A stretch of 64,000 nucleotides of DNA from Acidobacteriota bacterium (GCA_965209055.1 OZ242374.1:2912001-2976000), one strand, 5' to 3'; shown: positions 31,299-42,486, counted from the stretch's first letter. The notes: generated from the letters alone by a model not told the origin. Made by a program: numbers and translations.

Positions 31299-32407
31299 TC
31301 TATCACCTGTTGTACGCTCTTCACGACCAGTTCTCGGTCCTGAACGTACTCCGCTATATTACGTTTCGCACCGCCTACGCCACGTTCACGGCTCTGGCCT
31401 TGAGCCTGATTCTGGGTCCCTGGCTCATCGCCAAGCTCAGGGACTATCAGATCGGTCAGTTCATCCGGGAAGACGGTCCCGAACATCACCTTCAAAAGGC
31501 CGGCACCCCCACCATGGGCGGAGTGCTCATTGTCGTCAGCATCGTACTGCCCACCCTTTTGTGGGCTGATCTGGGAAACCTTTACGTCTGGATCGCCGTC
31601 GCTTCCCTGATCCTGTTCGGTGCTGTGGGCCTGGCCGACGACTACCTCAAGGTCTCCCGGAAGAACTCGACCGGCCTGCGGCCGCGGCGCAAAATCATGT
31701 TCCAGGTGCTGATCGCCTTGGGCATCGGGCTGACTCTCGTAGCGCTCCACTATCAGGGGCTCTACAGCATTCAGTTGAGCGTCCCCTTCTTCAAGCGTTT
31801 CACGCCGGAACTGGATCTGGTGGTGCTGGGGGTCTCGACCTTCATTCCCCTGATCGTGTTCACGGCTCTGGTCATCGTGGGAAGCAGCAACGCTGTGAAC
31901 CTGACGGACGGCCTGGATGGACTGGCCAGCGGCCTGATGGTGATTTCGGCTTCGGCCCTGACGGTTCTGGCTTACGTGACCAGCCACGCCACTTTCGCCA
32001 CTTATCTGGGGCTGATCAAGAACACCTACGCCAGCGAGCTCTCCATCTTCTGCGGAGCCATGGTGGGAGCCAGCCTGGGGTTTCTCTGGTACAACTCCCA
32101 CCCCGCCGAGATCTTCATGGGAGATGTCGGGTCCATGTCTCTGGGTGGCGCCATCGCCACCGTGGCGGTGCTCATCAAGCAGGAACTCCTGCTGTTGTCC
32201 ATCGGGGGCATCTTCGTCCTGGAGGCCCTGTCGGTCATCTTCCAGGTCCTTTACTTCAAGGCCACCGGGAAGCGCATTCTGCTAATGGCCCCCCTGCACC
32301 ACCACTTCGAGCTGCTGGGCTGGGACGAGCCCAAAGTGGTGGTGCGTTTCTGGGTGCTGGGCCTGCTGTTCGCACTCTTCAGCCTGACCACGCTGAAGAT
32401 CAGGTAG
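31295..32407 (+). CDS. mraY: Phospho-N-acetylmuramoyl-pentapeptide transferase
   Basis: KAGTPTMGG, NAVNLTDGLDGLA, FMGDVGS, MAPLHHHFE. Confidence 0.98.
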   Translation: MIYHLLYALHDQFSVLNVLRYITFRTAYATFTALALSLILGPWLIAKLRDYQIGQFIREDGPEHHLQKAGTPTMGGVLIVVSIVLPTLLWADLGNLYVWIAVASLILFGAVGLADDYLKVSRKNSTGLRPRRKIMFQVLIALGIGLTLVALHYQGLYSIQLSVPFFKRFTPELDLVVLGVSTFIPLIVFTALVIVGSSNAVNLTDGLDGLASGLMVISASALTVLAYVTSHATFATYLGLIKNTYASELSIFCGAMVGASLGFLWYNSHPAEIFMGDVGSMSLGGAIATVAVLIKQELLLLSIGGIFVLEALSVIFQVLYFKATGKRILLMAPLHHHFELLGWDEPKVVVRFWVLGLLFALFSLTTLKIR

Positions 32408-32428
32408 AAGGGGGGCGAGGGTTTGGCG

Positions 32429-33787
32429 ATGAAGTTGTCGGGGCGGAACATCCTGGTGGTCGGACTGGCCCGGACCGGTCTGGCCGCGGCCAACTTCCTG
32501 GCTGCGAAGGGGGCCCGCGTCAGCGTCACGGATCTTCGCACGAGGAATGATCTGAGTGACCAGATCGCAAGGCTCCAGGGGAGGGTTCGGTTGGTGCTGG
32601 GACGTCACCGGGAAGCGGATTTCACCGGAGCCGACATGATCGTATTGAGCCCCGGGGTGCCGTCGGGGATCCCTCCGCTGGTGCGGGCCCGGGAGCGGGG
32701 AATACCGGTCTGGAGCGAGATCGAGCTGGCTTGCCGTTTCCTGAAGGGCACGCTCATCGGCGTCACGGGAACCAACGGCAAGACCACCACGACCACACTG
32801 ATCGGCGAGATGCTGGCCGCGGGCCGGCGGCCCCACGTCGTGGCGGGCAACATCGGAGTCCCCCTGCTGGAGAAGCTGGAGGACGCCAATGACGAAACGG
32901 TCTGGGTCGTGGAGCTCTCATCCTTTCAACTGGAGACGACCCGGACGCTGCACTGCCGGGTGGCCGTCGTCCTCAACGTAACTCCGGACCATCTGGATCG
33001 TCACGCGAGCTTCGAAGACTACTGGCAGGCGAAGCGCCGCATTCTGCTCAACCAGGAAGCGTCGGATTTCGCCGTGTTCAACCGGGACGAACCCAATTCC
33101 AGGCGCATGGCCGACGGTGCCGAGGCGCGTCCCCTCTTCTTCAGCCGGTTGGAACGGTGCGCGGGCGCTTTTTCCCGGGACGGAAAGATCTGGATTCAGG
33201 TGGACGGCGAGCCGCACCAGGTGATGGACAGGAGCCAGGTCCGGCTCAAAGGGGAACACAATCTGGAAAACGTTCTGGCCGGCGCGGCCGCCGGCTTCAT
33301 GGTGGGCGTCGGACCCGAAGCGATCGCCCGTGCCTGCCGCCGCTTCGCCGGCGTGGAGCACCGCCTGGAATGGATCCGGGACCTGGAGGGGGTCTCCTTC
33401 TACAACGATTCCAAAGCCACCAACGTGGAATCGGCCGCCAAAGCCATGGAAGCCCTGGAGCAGCCCCTGGTCGCCATCATGGGGGGGACCAACAAAGGGT
33501 CCGACTTCCGGGTGCTGAGGCCGCTGGTCAAGAGGAAGGTCCGGCACCTGGTCCTTTTGGGAGAGGCCAAGGACAGTCTCGTGGAGGGGCTGCGCGGAAC
33601 CGCCCCGGTGAGCGAGGTCGGAGGGTTTGAGGAAGCGGTTCGCCGGGCGTTCGTCGTGGCGGTGCCCGGAGACGCGGTGCTGCTGGCCCCGGCCTGCGCC
33701 AGTTTCGACATGTTCCGCAACTATGAGGAACGGGGCAGAGCCTTCAAGGATCTGGTTTCACGGTTGACCGGAGGTGAGTGGCAGTGA
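32429..33787 (+). CDS. murD: UDP-MurNAc-L-Ala--D-Glu ligase
   Basis: GVTGTNGKTTT, ELSSFQL, NDSKATN, PACASFD. Confidence 0.98.
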   Translation: MKLSGRNILVVGLARTGLAAANFLAAKGARVSVTDLRTRNDLSDQIARLQGRVRLVLGRHREADFTGADMIVLSPGVPSGIPPLVRARERGIPVWSEIELACRFLKGTLIGVTGTNGKTTTTTLIGEMLAAGRRPHVVAGNIGVPLLEKLEDANDETVWVVELSSFQLETTRTLHCRVAVVLNVTPDHLDRHASFEDYWQAKRRILLNQEASDFAVFNRDEPNSRRMADGAEARPLFFSRLERCAGAFSRDGKIWIQVDGEPHQVMDRSQVRLKGEHNLENVLAGAAAGFMVGVGPEAIARACRRFAGVEHRLEWIRDLEGVSFYNDSKATNVESAAKAMEALEQPLVAIMGGTNKGSDFRVLRPLVKRKVRHLVLLGEAKDSLVEGLRGTAPVSEVGGFEEAVRRAFVVAVPGDAVLLAPACASFDMFRNYEERGRAFKDLVSRLTGGEWQ

Positions 33788-34914
33788 CCCGGAGAACGAC
33801 GTACGACCCTGTGATTCTGTTGGTCCTCCTGGTTCTGGTGGGCTTCGGCCTGGTCATGGCCTTCAGCGCCTCCGGAATGGTGTCGCTGGACCGGTACGGC
33901 GTTTCCACCCGTATTTTCCAAAGGCAGCTGGTGAGCGTCGGTATCGGCCTGGTGGTCTTCTGGATCGCGGCGCATTGGGACTATCGGCGCTATGCGACTC
34001 CCGCATTCATCTATCCGGCGCTGGCCGCCACCGTGATTCTCCTGGTTCTTCCCTTGGTGCTGCCCACTGGTCAGGATGTCCGGCGCTGGATTCCGGTCGG
34101 GCCTACGAGGTTCCAACCCTCGGAACTGGCCAAGCTCGGGGTCGTGGTTTTCGCGGCCTACTACCTCACCCGATACCGCTCGAGCCTCCAGTCGTTGGCC
34201 GTGTTGGCGCCGTTGCTGGGGATTGTGGGGCTGGTCCTGGCTCTGATCGTGGTCGAGCCCGATCTGGGTACCGCCTGCGCCATCGCGCTCACGGTGGGAA
34301 CGGTGCTCTTCCTGGCCGGCGTTCGCCTGATCTACCTGATCGGCCTCGCCGGCTTGAGTATTCCTGTCGTCCTGGCCCTCATTTTTAGCGCCTCCTACCG
34401 CAAGGACCGGATTCTGGCCTTCCTGAATCCGGACGTCGACCCCTCCGGCATCGGCTACCAGATTCGCCAGAGCCTCATCGCCGTGGGCTCCGGCGGATGG
34501 ACCGGACTGGGTCTGACCCAGAGCAAGCAGAAGCTCCATTTTCTGCCCGAGTCCCACACCGATTTCGTCTTCGCCGTCGTGGGGGAGGAGCTTGGATTGC
34601 TGGGTTCGCTCGTCATGGTGGCGCTCTTTGTTCTGCTCTTCTGGCGAGGAGTGCGGATCGCTTTCCGGGCCGACACCGATTTCGGCTCTCTGCTGGCCAT
34701 GGGGATCGTGTGCATGGTGGTCCTGCAAGGCATGTTCAACATGTGCGTCGTGGTCAGCCTGCTGCCCACCAAGGGAATTCCGCTCCCGTTCGTCTCGGTC
34801 GGCGGATCCTCCATGTTGGCCATGATGGCCGGCATGGGCATCCTGCTGAACATTTCCCGCCGCTGCCGGACCGACCGGGAGGAGGCCGTTCCCCGGGACC
34901 GGGGGGTCCAGTGA
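33778..34914 (+). CDS. ftsW: SEDS peptidoglycan polymerase FtsW
   Basis: RWI, FQPSELAK, EPDLGT, LPESHTDF, PFVSVGGSS. Confidence 0.97.
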   Translation: MAVTRRTTYDPVILLVLLVLVGFGLVMAFSASGMVSLDRYGVSTRIFQRQLVSVGIGLVVFWIAAHWDYRRYATPAFIYPALAATVILLVLPLVLPTGQDVRRWIPVGPTRFQPSELAKLGVVVFAAYYLTRYRSSLQSLAVLAPLLGIVGLVLALIVVEPDLGTACAIALTVGTVLFLAGVRLIYLIGLAGLSIPVVLALIFSASYRKDRILAFLNPDVDPSGIGYQIRQSLIAVGSGGWTGLGLTQSKQKLHFLPESHTDFVFAVVGEELGLLGSLVMVALFVLLFWRGVRIAFRADTDFGSLLAMGIVCMVVLQGMFNMCVVVSLLPTKGIPLPFVSVGGSSMLAMMAGMGILLNISRRCRTDREEAVPRDRGVQ

Positions 34915-36020
34915 TCGAGCGAGGGTTGCTTTTTGCCGGAGGAGGCACCGGAGGTCATGTCTACATGGCGGTGGCGGTCATCCAGCGCCTGCGGGAGTTG
35001 GGGTCGAGTCCTGAGATTCTCTTCGTGGGAACCCGCCGGGGAATCGAAAATCGAATTCTGCCGGATATGGACGTGACGGTGGAGAGGATTACCTTGGGAG
35101 GACTCAAACGAACCGGTCTCCTGAAGGCGTTTCAAACCTTGCTGCAACTTCCGGCGGCGCTGCTCCGGGCCGCGGGAATCCTCCGCCGCTTTCGGCCCGC
35201 GGCCGTGGTGGGGCTGGGAGGCTATTCCTCCGGGCCCGTGGTCCTGGTGGCGTCCTGGATGCGAATCCCGTGTCTCGTGATCGAACCCAACGTTCACCCG
35301 GGTCTCGCCAACCGGCTTTTGGCTCCCTGGGTGGACAGGGTTGCGGTGGCGTTCGAAGAAACAGCCGGACGCTTTGGACCGAAGGCCGAGTTGACCGGAA
35401 TCCCGGTTCGACCCCAATTCCACCGGGACCGTAAACGTCCGAACGCGGGTGGGCCCCTCAGGGTGCTGATCTTCGGAGGGAGTCAGGGAAGCGTCGCCAT
35501 CAATCGTCTGGTTTGCGAGGCACTGGAAGAGCTCTCGCCCGGCCGCATCCGGCTGATTCACCAGACGGGGCCCCGGGACCGCAGCCGGGTGGAAGAGCGT
35601 TACCGGAAGTTGGGCTTTTTCGGCGCGGTTCTGGAGTACATCCACGATATGCCGGATCGGCTGCACTGGGCCGATCTGGTGATCTGCCGGGCCGGAGCCT
35701 TGACCCTGGCCGAAGTCGCGGCGGCGGGAAAGGCCTCAATCCTGATTCCGTATCCCCATGCGGCCGATGACCACCAGCGGACCAACGCCCAAGCCCTGGT
35801 TCGCCGGGGCGCCGCCCTGATTCTGGAGGAAGGGGAGGGGGCGGGACCCGCACTTGCCCGGATGATTCGCGATTTGGACCGTGACCGTCTTCAACTCGGG
35901 GCTCTGGCCGAAGCCAGTGGAAATCTGGGCGCCCCCCGGAGTTGCGACCGGATCGTCCAGGTGCTCGCGAAACTGGTCGACATGGAGAGGAGTGGACCGG
36001 ATCGAAACCGGACACCGTAG
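34911..36020 (+). CDS. murG: Undecaprenyl-PP-MurNAc-pentapeptide GlcNAc transferase
   Basis: GGGTGGH, GGYSS, GGSQG, RAGA, DDHQRTNA. Confidence 0.97.
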   Translation: MIERGLLFAGGGTGGHVYMAVAVIQRLRELGSSPEILFVGTRRGIENRILPDMDVTVERITLGGLKRTGLLKAFQTLLQLPAALLRAAGILRRFRPAAVVGLGGYSSGPVVLVASWMRIPCLVIEPNVHPGLANRLLAPWVDRVAVAFEETAGRFGPKAELTGIPVRPQFHRDRKRPNAGGPLRVLIFGGSQGSVAINRLVCEALEELSPGRIRLIHQTGPRDRSRVEERYRKLGFFGAVLEYIHDMPDRLHWADLVICRAGALTLAEVAAAGKASILIPYPHAADDHQRTNAQALVRRGAALILEEGEGAGPALARMIRDLDRDRLQLGALAEASGNLGAPRSCDRIVQVLAKLVDMERSGPDRNRTP

Positions 36021-36044
36021 GGGCGCCCCTCGCAGGTGCGCTCC
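36017..36044 (+). repeat. Single degenerate GTAG-type REP overlapping the murG stop codon
   Basis: GTAGGGGCGCCCCTCGCAGGTGCGCTCC: GTAG followed by an imperfect palindrome. Confidence 0.55.
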
Positions 36045-36092
36045 TGGGGCCGAACGACGCCAGAGAAGATGCGAATGGAGCAGGTGAAGGGA

Positions 36093-37475
36093 ATGGGGTC
36101 CAACCGGACGGAAGGTCTCGATCAGTTCCGGAAGGTCCATTTCGTCGGCATCGGCGGGGTGGGGATGAGCGGAATCGCCCAGATTCTGGCCCAGAAGGGT
36201 TGGGAAGTCTCAGGTTCCGACCTGGTCTGTAGCGACGCCGTGTCCAGTCTCCGTTCGATCGGGGTCAGGGTCAGTATCGGACACAGCCCGGACCATCTGG
36301 GAGATGCTGAGATCGTGGCCTTTTCCAGTGCCGTCGGCAGGGACAATCCTGAACTCCAGGAGGCTCGCAGACGGGATATCCCGGTGGTGCACCGGGCGGA
36401 CCTGTTGGCCCGGATCATGGCCGGCGGCGAGGGGATCGCCATCTCGGGAACCCATGGCAAGACGACCACCACCTCCATGATCGGCGTGCTCATGGTCGAA
36501 GCCGGCCTGGACCCCACGATCCTGGTTGGAGCCCGGGCCGTGGACCTCGGCGGCAACGCACGTCTCGGAAAGGGGCCGTGGGTCGTAGCCGAAGCGGACG
36601 AGAGCGACGGCAGCTTCCTGAAGCTCCGGCCCAGGCACGCAGTGATCACCAACGTCGACCGCGATCATCTGGATTTCTACGGAGGACTCGAGGAAATCGG
36701 CGACGCCTTCGTCGCCTTCATGAACCTGCTCCCGGCAGACGGCCGTGCGGTCGTCTGTACCGACGATTCCAACCTCAGGCGGCTCCTGAAAAACGTTCAC
36801 CGGCCCGTGATAACGTACGGCACGGCGCCTGCTGCCGACGTCTGGGCCGAGGCGGTGGAGTGGACGTCCGGAGGTTCTTCCTTCGTGTGCGTCCATCGGG
36901 GCCGCCGTTTGGGGAGGCTCCGGCTGAATGTGGCGGGCCGGCACAACGTATTGAACTCTCTGGCCGCCGTTGTGGTGGGTCTTGAGTTGCAGGTGCCCTT
37001 TGACGTGATCCGGCGGGCGCTGGGAACGTTCTCCGGCGCACAACGTCGTCTGGAGTTCAAGGGCATGCGCGAGGGGGTCCGTGTGATGGACGATTACGGT
37101 CACCATCCGGTTGAGATCCGAACCACGTTGGACGCGTGCCGCCGAATGGGACGGAGAGTGGTCGTGGTGTTTCAGCCGCACCGTTACACGCGAACCCTCC
37201 ATTTGAGGTCGGAGTTGGCCGAGTGTTTCCAGGATGCGGATCTTCTTTACCTGATGGATGTCTATCCGGCAGGGGAGGCGCCTGTCGCCGGCGGGCTCGG
37301 CGAGGATCTGTACCGGGCCGTGGGCCGGCGCCGCCAGGTCTGCTATCAGCCGCAGCCCGGCGCCATGTTGCGGGCCCTGCGGGAAGACGTGATGCCGGGA
37401 GACCTGCTCCTGACGCTGGGAGCGGGCAACGTCTGGAAGATCGGAGAGGATTTTCTGAAAGGCCGGGCCGTTTGA
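36093..37475 (+). CDS. murC: UDP-MurNAc--L-Ala ligase
   Basis: HFVGIGGVGMSG, GTHGKTTTT, EADESD, DDYGHHP; start uncertain (36069-36093). Confidence 0.97.
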   Translation: MGSNRTEGLDQFRKVHFVGIGGVGMSGIAQILAQKGWEVSGSDLVCSDAVSSLRSIGVRVSIGHSPDHLGDAEIVAFSSAVGRDNPELQEARRRDIPVVHRADLLARIMAGGEGIAISGTHGKTTTTSMIGVLMVEAGLDPTILVGARAVDLGGNARLGKGPWVVAEADESDGSFLKLRPRHAVITNVDRDHLDFYGGLEEIGDAFVAFMNLLPADGRAVVCTDDSNLRRLLKNVHRPVITYGTAPAADVWAEAVEWTSGGSSFVCVHRGRRLGRLRLNVAGRHNVLNSLAAVVVGLELQVPFDVIRRALGTFSGAQRRLEFKGMREGVRVMDDYGHHPVEIRTTLDACRRMGRRVVVVFQPHRYTRTLHLRSELAECFQDADLLYLMDVYPAGEAPVAGGLGEDLYRAVGRRRQVCYQPQPGAMLRALREDVMPGDLLLTLGAGNVWKIGEDFLKGRAV

Positions 37476-37495
37476 AGGCGCCGGAGGTATAGAAG

Positions 37496-38308
37496 ATGCC
37501 AGTCCAACGCCCTAACAAGCTGCGTAAATTGCTGATCTTTGCCGGACGCCTTCTGGGGACGGGTCTCTTGATCCTGGGGCTGCTGACGGCGCTTCGACAT
37601 GCGGCTTACTCTTCCCAGGGTGGGGCGCTTTTCGGGATTCAGGATATTCGCTTCGAGGGGGCCCGGCATCTCTCCTGGCAGAAACTCAGGACGTTCATGC
37701 TCGAGACCTATTCGGGGAACATCCTGCGGGTCGACCTGGAACAGCTCAAGGATCTGGTGGAATCGGAGTCCTGGGTGAAGGCTGCGACCGTGCGCCGCCA
37801 GTTGCCCGGCCATCTCATCGTCAGTGTCCGGGAACGAGTTCCGGTGGCAGTCGCCGCAATCGACCAGGATCTCTACGTCGTCGACGAAGAGGGCGTCGTG
37901 CTGGACCGGTACGGATCCGGCCACCTGCAGTTGGATGGGCCGATTCTGAAAGGCCTGGGGAACATCGCCCGCGAGAACCCTTCCGCGACCCGGGAGAATC
38001 TCGAGAAGATGGGAATCTATTCCAGGTTGATGTCCGATCTCGGTTCTTCAGACGGGGACTATACCCTCTCCATTTCCGAGGTCCTGCTGGCGGACCCGGA
38101 GCGGATCGCCATCGTGAGGGAGGACGACCCGGTCCCCATCTACCTGGGAAGCGGCCGTTTCCGGGAGCGGTATGAGAACTTTCTGGCCCAGAAGGACATT
38201 TACCAGCAACTCAAGAAGGAGTACGGCCGCATCGAATATATCGATGTCTCCTTCGACAACAAGATCATTTTCCATACTCCGGGCGAGTCTCGTGAAAGGA
38301 GTACATAG
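37496..38308 (+). CDS. ftsQ: Cell division protein FtsQ/DivIB
   Basis: TM plus POTRA domain (WVKAATVRRQLPG..V.ER.PVA), VDEEGVV. Confidence 0.9.
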   Translation: MPVQRPNKLRKLLIFAGRLLGTGLLILGLLTALRHAAYSSQGGALFGIQDIRFEGARHLSWQKLRTFMLETYSGNILRVDLEQLKDLVESESWVKAATVRRQLPGHLIVSVRERVPVAVAAIDQDLYVVDEEGVVLDRYGSGHLQLDGPILKGLGNIARENPSATRENLEKMGIYSRLMSDLGSSDGDYTLSISEVLLADPERIAIVREDDPVPIYLGSGRFRERYENFLAQKDIYQQLKKEYGRIEYIDVSFDNKIIFHTPGESRERST

Positions 38309-38362
38309 GGGAACCGGACTGGACCGGAGATTCGCGGTCGCAAATTGGATGGAACCAGATCG

Positions 38363-39601
38363 ATGAGGAAGAAAACGCTGGCCGGAGTTGATGTCGGAAC
38401 CACCAAGATCTGTTCCGTCATCGCGCAAGTCGAGCGAGAGGTTTTTCGGGTTTCCGGGGTGGGGGTGACTCCGTCGGCCGGTCTCAAGAAGGGCGTGGTC
38501 GTCAATTTGACGGAGACCATCGAATGTGTGAAGAGATCGCTCGAACAGGCGGAGCGGGACGCGCGCGTCGGGGTCGATTCGGTTTTCGTGAGCGTGGGCG
38601 GGGTCCACGTGCAGGGCCTCAACCGGTCCGGCAAGACCGACATCAGGAGCAAGACGGGCGAGATCACCAAGGAGGACATCAGTCGGGCCCTCGCCGATGC
38701 CAAATCGATTCAACTCCCCCGGGGTTACGAGGTCATTCACATGCTGACCCAGGGCTTTAACGTGGATGGACAAGGACATACCAGGGATCCGCTCGGTCTG
38801 ATCGGTCGCCGTCTGTCCGTCAATCTTCATCTGGTGCTCAACGCCGCCGCCGCGCTTCAAAACGTCGTCAACGCAGTCAACAAAGTCGGCGTGGGAGTGA
38901 ACGGTGTGGTGATGCAACAGTTGGCATCCGCCGAGGCCGTGCTGACCGAAGACGAAAAGGAACTCGGTGTCATCCTCTTGGATATCGGCGGGGGAACGAC
39001 CGATTTCGCTTTCTACCGGCTGGGAAGCGTCTGGGAGTCGGCGGTCCTGCCCATAGGTGGAGATCTGGTCACCAAGGACATCGCCATCGGGCTCAAGGTG
39101 ACCCTGGAAGAGGCGGAGCGGCTCAAGAAGGATCAAGGAACGGTCTTTCCGGAGCGGGTGGATGAAGAAGCAGTGCTTGAGATCCGCGAGATCGGGACCG
39201 GCCGCCCCCGGAGTCTCCTCTACCGGGATCTGTGCCGAGTGATTCAGGCCCGCTGCCGGGAGATTCTGATGGAGGTGCGGAAGCTGGTGGACGGGATCCA
39301 CATGCGCAGGGAAATGCTGACCGGTGTGGTGCTCACGGGCGGGGGAGCACTTCTGGATGGCCTTGCGGAACAAGCCGAGGAGATTCTGGAGATTCCGGCA
39401 CGCATCGGCTATCCCATGCCCCTGGAATCGGACAAGGAATTGGCCTTCGATCCTTCCCACGCAACGGCTCTGGGCCTGGTGAGATACGCAAAGGACCTGC
39501 ATGGCCCGGGGTCCGGCAACGGCGCCGGGACGATGTTGCAGGAACCCCAACGGGGCACGCGGGGAGGCCTGATGAATTGGATCTTGAGCAAGATCACTTA
39601 G
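38363..39601 (+). CDS. ftsA: Cell division protein FtsA
   Basis: [22 protein letters not shown]-terminal amphipathic helix. Confidence 0.97.
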   Translation: MRKKTLAGVDVGTTKICSVIAQVEREVFRVSGVGVTPSAGLKKGVVVNLTETIECVKRSLEQAERDARVGVDSVFVSVGGVHVQGLNRSGKTDIRSKTGEITKEDISRALADAKSIQLPRGYEVIHMLTQGFNVDGQGHTRDPLGLIGRRLSVNLHLVLNAAAALQNVVNAVNKVGVGVNGVVMQQLASAEAVLTEDEKELGVILLDIGGGTTDFAFYRLGSVWESAVLPIGGDLVTKDIAIGLKVTLEEAERLKKDQGTVFPERVDEEAVLEIREIGTGRPRSLLYRDLCRVIQARCREILMEVRKLVDGIHMRREMLTGVVLTGGGALLDGLAEQAEEILEIPARIGYPMPLESDKELAFDPSHATALGLVRYAKDLHGPGSGNGAGTMLQEPQRGTRGGLMNWILSKIT

Positions 39602-39663
39602 CGTTTGGAGGGCGCCGCGGCCCTGAAGGCCGTTGGTGTGAAGATTCCTCTGGGAGGCAACTC

Positions 39664-40821
39664 ATGGACCATCCGGAACTGGAAGATAACGGCAGCATGA
39701 AATGGGTCTTTGAGGACGACTTGGGAAGTGAGGCCCGTATCAAGGTCATCGGTGTCGGCGGCGGGGGTGGAAACACCGTCAATCGCATGGTCCGGATGGG
39801 GGTCCAGGGCGTCGACTTCATAGCCGCCAACACGGACCTCCAGGCGCTCAGGCAGTCGAAAGCGGGGATCAGAATCCAACTCGGCAACAAGATCACGAAG
39901 GGGCTTGGAGCCGGCTCGAACCCTGATATCGGGCGGCAGGCCGCCTTGGAGGATACCGAGCGGATCATGGATCTGCTGGAGGGGTCGGACATGGTCTTCG
40001 TGACCGCGGGCCTGGGCGGCGGGACCGGAACCGGAGGCGGACCCCTGATCGCGGACCTGGCCCGTCAATTGGGAGCTCTCACCGTGGCCGTGGTGACGAC
40101 CCCTTTTGTCTTCGAGGGACAGCGGAGAACGCAGCAGGCGCAACGGGGTCTGGAAGAGTTGATGGAAAATGCGGACACGGTGGTCACGGTGCCCAACGAG
40201 CGGCTGTTGGATGCCTTGGCTCCCGGCACGCCGCTGGCCGATGCCTTCGCCTTTGCCGATGACATCCTCTGCCAGGCGGTTCAGGGTATCGCCGACCTCA
40301 TCAACGTGCCGGGGTTCATCAATCTGGACTTCGCCGATATCAAGACCATTATGAGCGGTACGGGATTGGCCCTGATGGGGACCGGCGTGGGAGAAGGAGA
40401 AGGACGGGCGTTGACGGCGGCCACCGATGCGGTGAGCAGTCCATTGTTGGACGACGCCACCATCCAGGGAGCCCGGGGCGTTCTCATCAACATTACCGCC
40501 AGCGACAGTCTCACTCTGCATGAGGTCAACGAAGCCAGCGGGCTGATTCAGAATGCCGCCGATCCCAACGCCAACATCATCTTCGGCTCGGTTCTGGATC
40601 AGCGCATGGGGGACCGAATCAAGATCACCGTGATCGCCACCGGGTTCACCGGCTCGAAAGGCGGGCGAAGACACCAGGCCGACCAGGCCGCCGGAGACAG
40701 CCCCGGAGAGGCCTCCTCTTTGGACCAGACCAATGGCAAGCCCATCGCCGTCCCCCCGATTCCGGTCATGAGCCGGGAAGTGGAAGTGCCGACCATTCTT
40801 CGTCAGGGCCGAAGGTACTAG
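39664..40821 (+). CDS. ftsZ: Cell division protein FtsZ
   Basis: [22 protein letters not shown]-terminal peptide EVPTILR. Confidence 0.99.
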   Translation: MDHPELEDNGSMKWVFEDDLGSEARIKVIGVGGGGGNTVNRMVRMGVQGVDFIAANTDLQALRQSKAGIRIQLGNKITKGLGAGSNPDIGRQAALEDTERIMDLLEGSDMVFVTAGLGGGTGTGGGPLIADLARQLGALTVAVVTTPFVFEGQRRTQQAQRGLEELMENADTVVTVPNERLLDALAPGTPLADAFAFADDILCQAVQGIADLINVPGFINLDFADIKTIMSGTGLALMGTGVGEGEGRALTAATDAVSSPLLDDATIQGARGVLINITASDSLTLHEVNEASGLIQNAADPNANIIFGSVLDQRMGDRIKITVIATGFTGSKGGRRHQADQAAGDSPGEASSLDQTNGKPIAVPPIPVMSREVEVPTILRQGRRY

Positions 40822-40851
40822 GAGCTTCCCCACCGGCTTGGTCCGGCGGAC

Positions 40852-40957
40852 CGGAGCGGCGACTTTCCTGTCGCCGGTGGAGCGGCGGTTTTCCTACCGC
40901 CGCACTCCGTTGTGACAGACTTGGCGACGAAGACCGGGCGATTGGAACTCGCCCCCC
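40852..40957. repeat. REP/REPIN-like cluster
   Basis: GGAGCGGCGACTTTCCTGTCGCCG, GGAGCGGCGGTTTTCCTACCGCCG, GGGCGATTGGAACTCGCCC; the spacer is the near reverse complement of 24101-24123. Confidence 0.85.
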
Positions 40958-40958
40958 T

Positions 40959-41378
40959 TTACGTGTTTTCCTTCATTTCCAAAAGTTTACGGACGATAGA
41001 CCTGTTCGCCGGAGGGAACCGGTAGGAAGCGAGGCGGGACAATTCGACCCATCTGCCGCGGCCCAGAGACGGGGGCGACGGCAACCTGCAGAGGAAGAAC
41101 CGGATGTCCACCGTCTGCTCCGGGTAACTGTAGTGGGCCCGCCCGTACAATTGCACCGGGCTATCAGACAGGTCCAGGCCCAACTCTTCCCGGACTTCCC
41201 GCGTCAGCCCGTCCCGAGCCGATTCCCCACGTTCCAGCTTTCCGCCCGGGAATTCCCAGCAGCCCCTGAGACTGTCCCGGGTCCGGCGCGGTTGGATCCA
41301 GACCCGGCCCTGGGACAGGAAGATGGCGACGGCCACCTCCACGCGGGGAGGCGCCGCCGCGCCGGCCGACCGGGTCAC
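40959..41378 (-). CDS. MutT-like Nudix hydrolase
   Basis: WEFPGGKLERGE...REVREELG Nudix box; FPPAN; GTG start overlaps the upstream stop. Confidence 0.9.
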   Translation of the reverse strand: MTRSAGAAAPPRVEVAVAIFLSQGRVWIQPRRTRDSLRGCWEFPGGKLERGESARDGLTREVREELGLDLSDSPVQLYGRAHYSYPEQTVDIRFFLCRLPSPPSLGRGRWVELSRLASYRFPPANRSIVRKLLEMKENT

Positions 41379-42460
41379 CTGATCCGGCCTCGAGCCTCTA
41401 CGGTCCACTCTCCAAGGACCTCCCGGCCCCGGTAGGGAAAGACGACGTCGTGGAGATTGACGGCGCCACAGACGTGGTTGGGGATGACCCGGAGCCGTTG
41501 TCCCACCTTCAGGCGCACGCCGGGCGGCAGTTCCATGAATCCGTGCTCCTCGTTCATGAAGAAAAGGGTCATCTCCGGGTAGCCCCTCACCAGACCATGG
41601 CCTTTGCGTGTGCCCGGACCCAACGGGTCGCTGGAAAAGGTCTTGGAACCGCCGTCGACGATGACTCGTCCGGGGACGGCATTGCTGATGACGGTGACCA
41701 GCAACGAGGCGGCGCACTGCTCCTCGGTACAGGTCTTCCACTCCAGCGTGTTGCGGTCGTTGAAGATGTAAGTGCCCGGCCGCATTTCGTCCAGGCCTGG
41801 GATCAGGTGGCAGTAGGGCGCGGACGGAGTGCTCCCGCCCGAGATCCGGGGGACGGGGAACTTCTCGGCCGCAAAGAGTTCCAGGAGCCGCTGCAGATCA
41901 TCGACCAGATTATTGAGGGTGTCGTTGTTGCCGTCGAAGTCCGGGTGGACATGGCCCGGATAGAACATGAGCCCTTCGAAGTCGAGGCCGGGCGTGGCTT
42001 CGATGAGACGGGCGAGACGGACCGCCTCCGGACCGGGCGGTACACCGCAGCGGCGGGCCCCCAGATCGATTTCCACGAAAACGGGGATCCGGGCGCCGTC
42101 CGCGGCGCGGCCGGCGGTGGCGACGGCCTCTTCCGAATCGAGGCTGACCGAGACTCGGGCCCGTTCCAGCACCGCCCGCAGGCGCCGGGCCTTGGCCTCG
42201 CCGAAGGGAGGATATGCCAGCATCAGGTCTTCCAGGCCGGCCTCGCTCATGACTTCGGCCTCGCCCAGCTTGGCGACGGTGATGCCTTGGGCTCCCAGCT
42301 CCAACTGCCGGCGGGCCAGGCGAGGCATCTTGTGAGTCTTGATGTGAGGACGCAGAGCGATGCCGTGCCGGCTGGAGTAATCCGCCATTCTCCGCAGGTT
42401 GTCCTCCATGACCTCCACGTCGATGATCATTGCCGGGGTTTCCAGGTCATCGAGTCTCAT
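41375..42460 (-). CDS. D-threonine aldolase / DSD1-family PLP enzyme (alanine racemase fold)
   Basis: LRPHIKTHK, GGSTP, EMRPGTYIFND, EEHG, IPNHVC. Confidence 0.9.
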   Translation of the reverse strand: MRLDDLETPAMIIDVEVMEDNLRRMADYSSRHGIALRPHIKTHKMPRLARRQLELGAQGITVAKLGEAEVMSEAGLEDLMLAYPPFGEAKARRLRAVLERARVSVSLDSEEAVATAGRAADGARIPVFVEIDLGARRCGVPPGPEAVRLARLIEATPGLDFEGLMFYPGHVHPDFDGNNDTLNNLVDDLQRLLELFAAEKFPVPRISGGSTPSAPYCHLIPGLDEMRPGTYIFNDRNTLEWKTCTEEQCAASLLVTVISNAVPGRVIVDGGSKTFSSDPLGPGTRKGHGLVRGYPEMTLFFMNEEHGFMELPPGVRLKVGQRLRVIPNHVCGAVNLHDVVFPYRGREVLGEWTVEARGRIR

Positions 42461-42486
42461 GGCGGCGCCCTCCGCATGTGAAGTTT

